Assembly (NCBI GenBank): GCA_002811645.1 | Contig: PDIP01000054.1 | Coordinates: forward strand, 59,794-123,793 | Length of the DNA stretch: 64,000 bases | From: Corallochytrium limacisporum Hawaii | Lineage: Eukaryota; Protista; Pluriformea | Direction: 5' to 3' | Shown here: positions 63,425 through 64,000 of the stretch, in pieces | Position numbering within the stretch: position 1 is the first letter of the stretch | Layout: the number at the start of each line of letters is the position of its first letter | The notes under the pieces: model-generated | The model's database searches: none | What the model saw: the letters and a program-made list of their open reading frames with translations, nothing else | What the model was told of the DNA's origin: nothing | Position numbers and translations under genes: made by a program

Positions 63425-63847
63425 ATGAAGAATTTTTTCACTATTGCTGTCGCTGCCGTCATTGCAGTGGCAAGTGCCTCTCCCGCAGCTACCTGCAGCG
63501 GCCACCTGGAATACTGCGACACTGGAGCTGACTGTTGCCATAATGCCGGTTGCCTCCCGTCATCTAATCAGTGCCATCAGTTTAATGGTATGATCCGCGT
63601 AAACGGAGAATGTGATCCGGACAGGGCGAACCAATGCTGGACCCAGTTCTGTGGCCCTGCAATTAATGGCGACCTTCACGTCTGCCACCCAGACCCAGAC
63701 CCAGAGAAAGAGGATTCCCATACTCCACAAGGCGAACCCTGTGGATACGATTTCGAGTGCGAAACCGGCTGGTGCAAACCCGGTGAGCTAATTTGCGAGG
63801 ACCGGTGCCTGTCTGCCGATCCTCCTCTTTGGAAAGAATGCCCCTAG
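63425..63847 (+). CDS. Small secreted cysteine-rich protein, paralog B
   Basis: Signal peptide MKNFFTIAVAAVIAVASA, similar Cys spacing (R-I/V-NG-x-C; GE-x-C-x-F/Y-DF-x-C-xx-GWC) and the C-terminus DRCLSADPPLWKEC. Confidence 0.88.
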   Translation: MKNFFTIAVAAVIAVASASPAATCSGHLEYCDTGADCCHNAGCLPSSNQCHQFNGMIRVNGECDPDRANQCWTQFCGPAINGDLHVCHPDPDPEKEDSHTPQGEPCGYDFECETGWCKPGELICEDRCLSADPPLWKECP

Positions 63848-64000
63848 GGCCCATCCAATCTGTCAAGTCTGCATTGACAATTGTTTCACCCTTCCAGCAT
63901 TCCATTCATGGACGAGAAATTCATGTCCGAACGAAGCAAACACTTGCCATACGCTAATACATACGTACATGCTCACGTCGACTTTCAAAAAGAACAACTA

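Noticed and set aside
53000-64000. Transposon, viral insertion or telomere array
   Set aside because: I found no transposase, RT, integrase or capsid motifs, no terminal repeats and no TTAGGG arrays.

Overview
Eukaryotic scaffold with four N-gaps and about 23 protein genes whose coding sequences appear to be uninterrupted single ORFs. Animal-type genes (syntenin, CPT1, B3GALT6, MGST2/LTC4S-like) sit alongside fungal/plant-type genes (CAX Ca2+/H+ exchanger, Rtt106-like chaperone). This mix suggests an intron-poor unicellular holozoan, possibly Corallochytrium-like; that is inference and no search was run. From 1 to 53 kb, housekeeping genes form tight convergent pairs. The long spacers between pairs are low-complexity and carry recurrent self-complementary CnGn tracts and candidate 5'-UTR-only introns. 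From 53 to 64 kb is an accessory-looking block: probable pseudogenes with C-to-T-type stops, two bacterial-like genes, an EcKinase-like gene, and two paralogous secreted cysteine-rich proteins sharing a GGTATTTAAG upstream motif. The best candidates for new biology are (1) a 7-TM membrane protein fused to an AT-hook and an H1-like CDK-site repeat tail, a possible membrane-anchored chromatin tether; (2) a two-class promoter grammar (CnGn palindromes versus a TATA-like motif); and (3) the secreted Cys-rich family. All family calls come from recalled motifs, not database searches.
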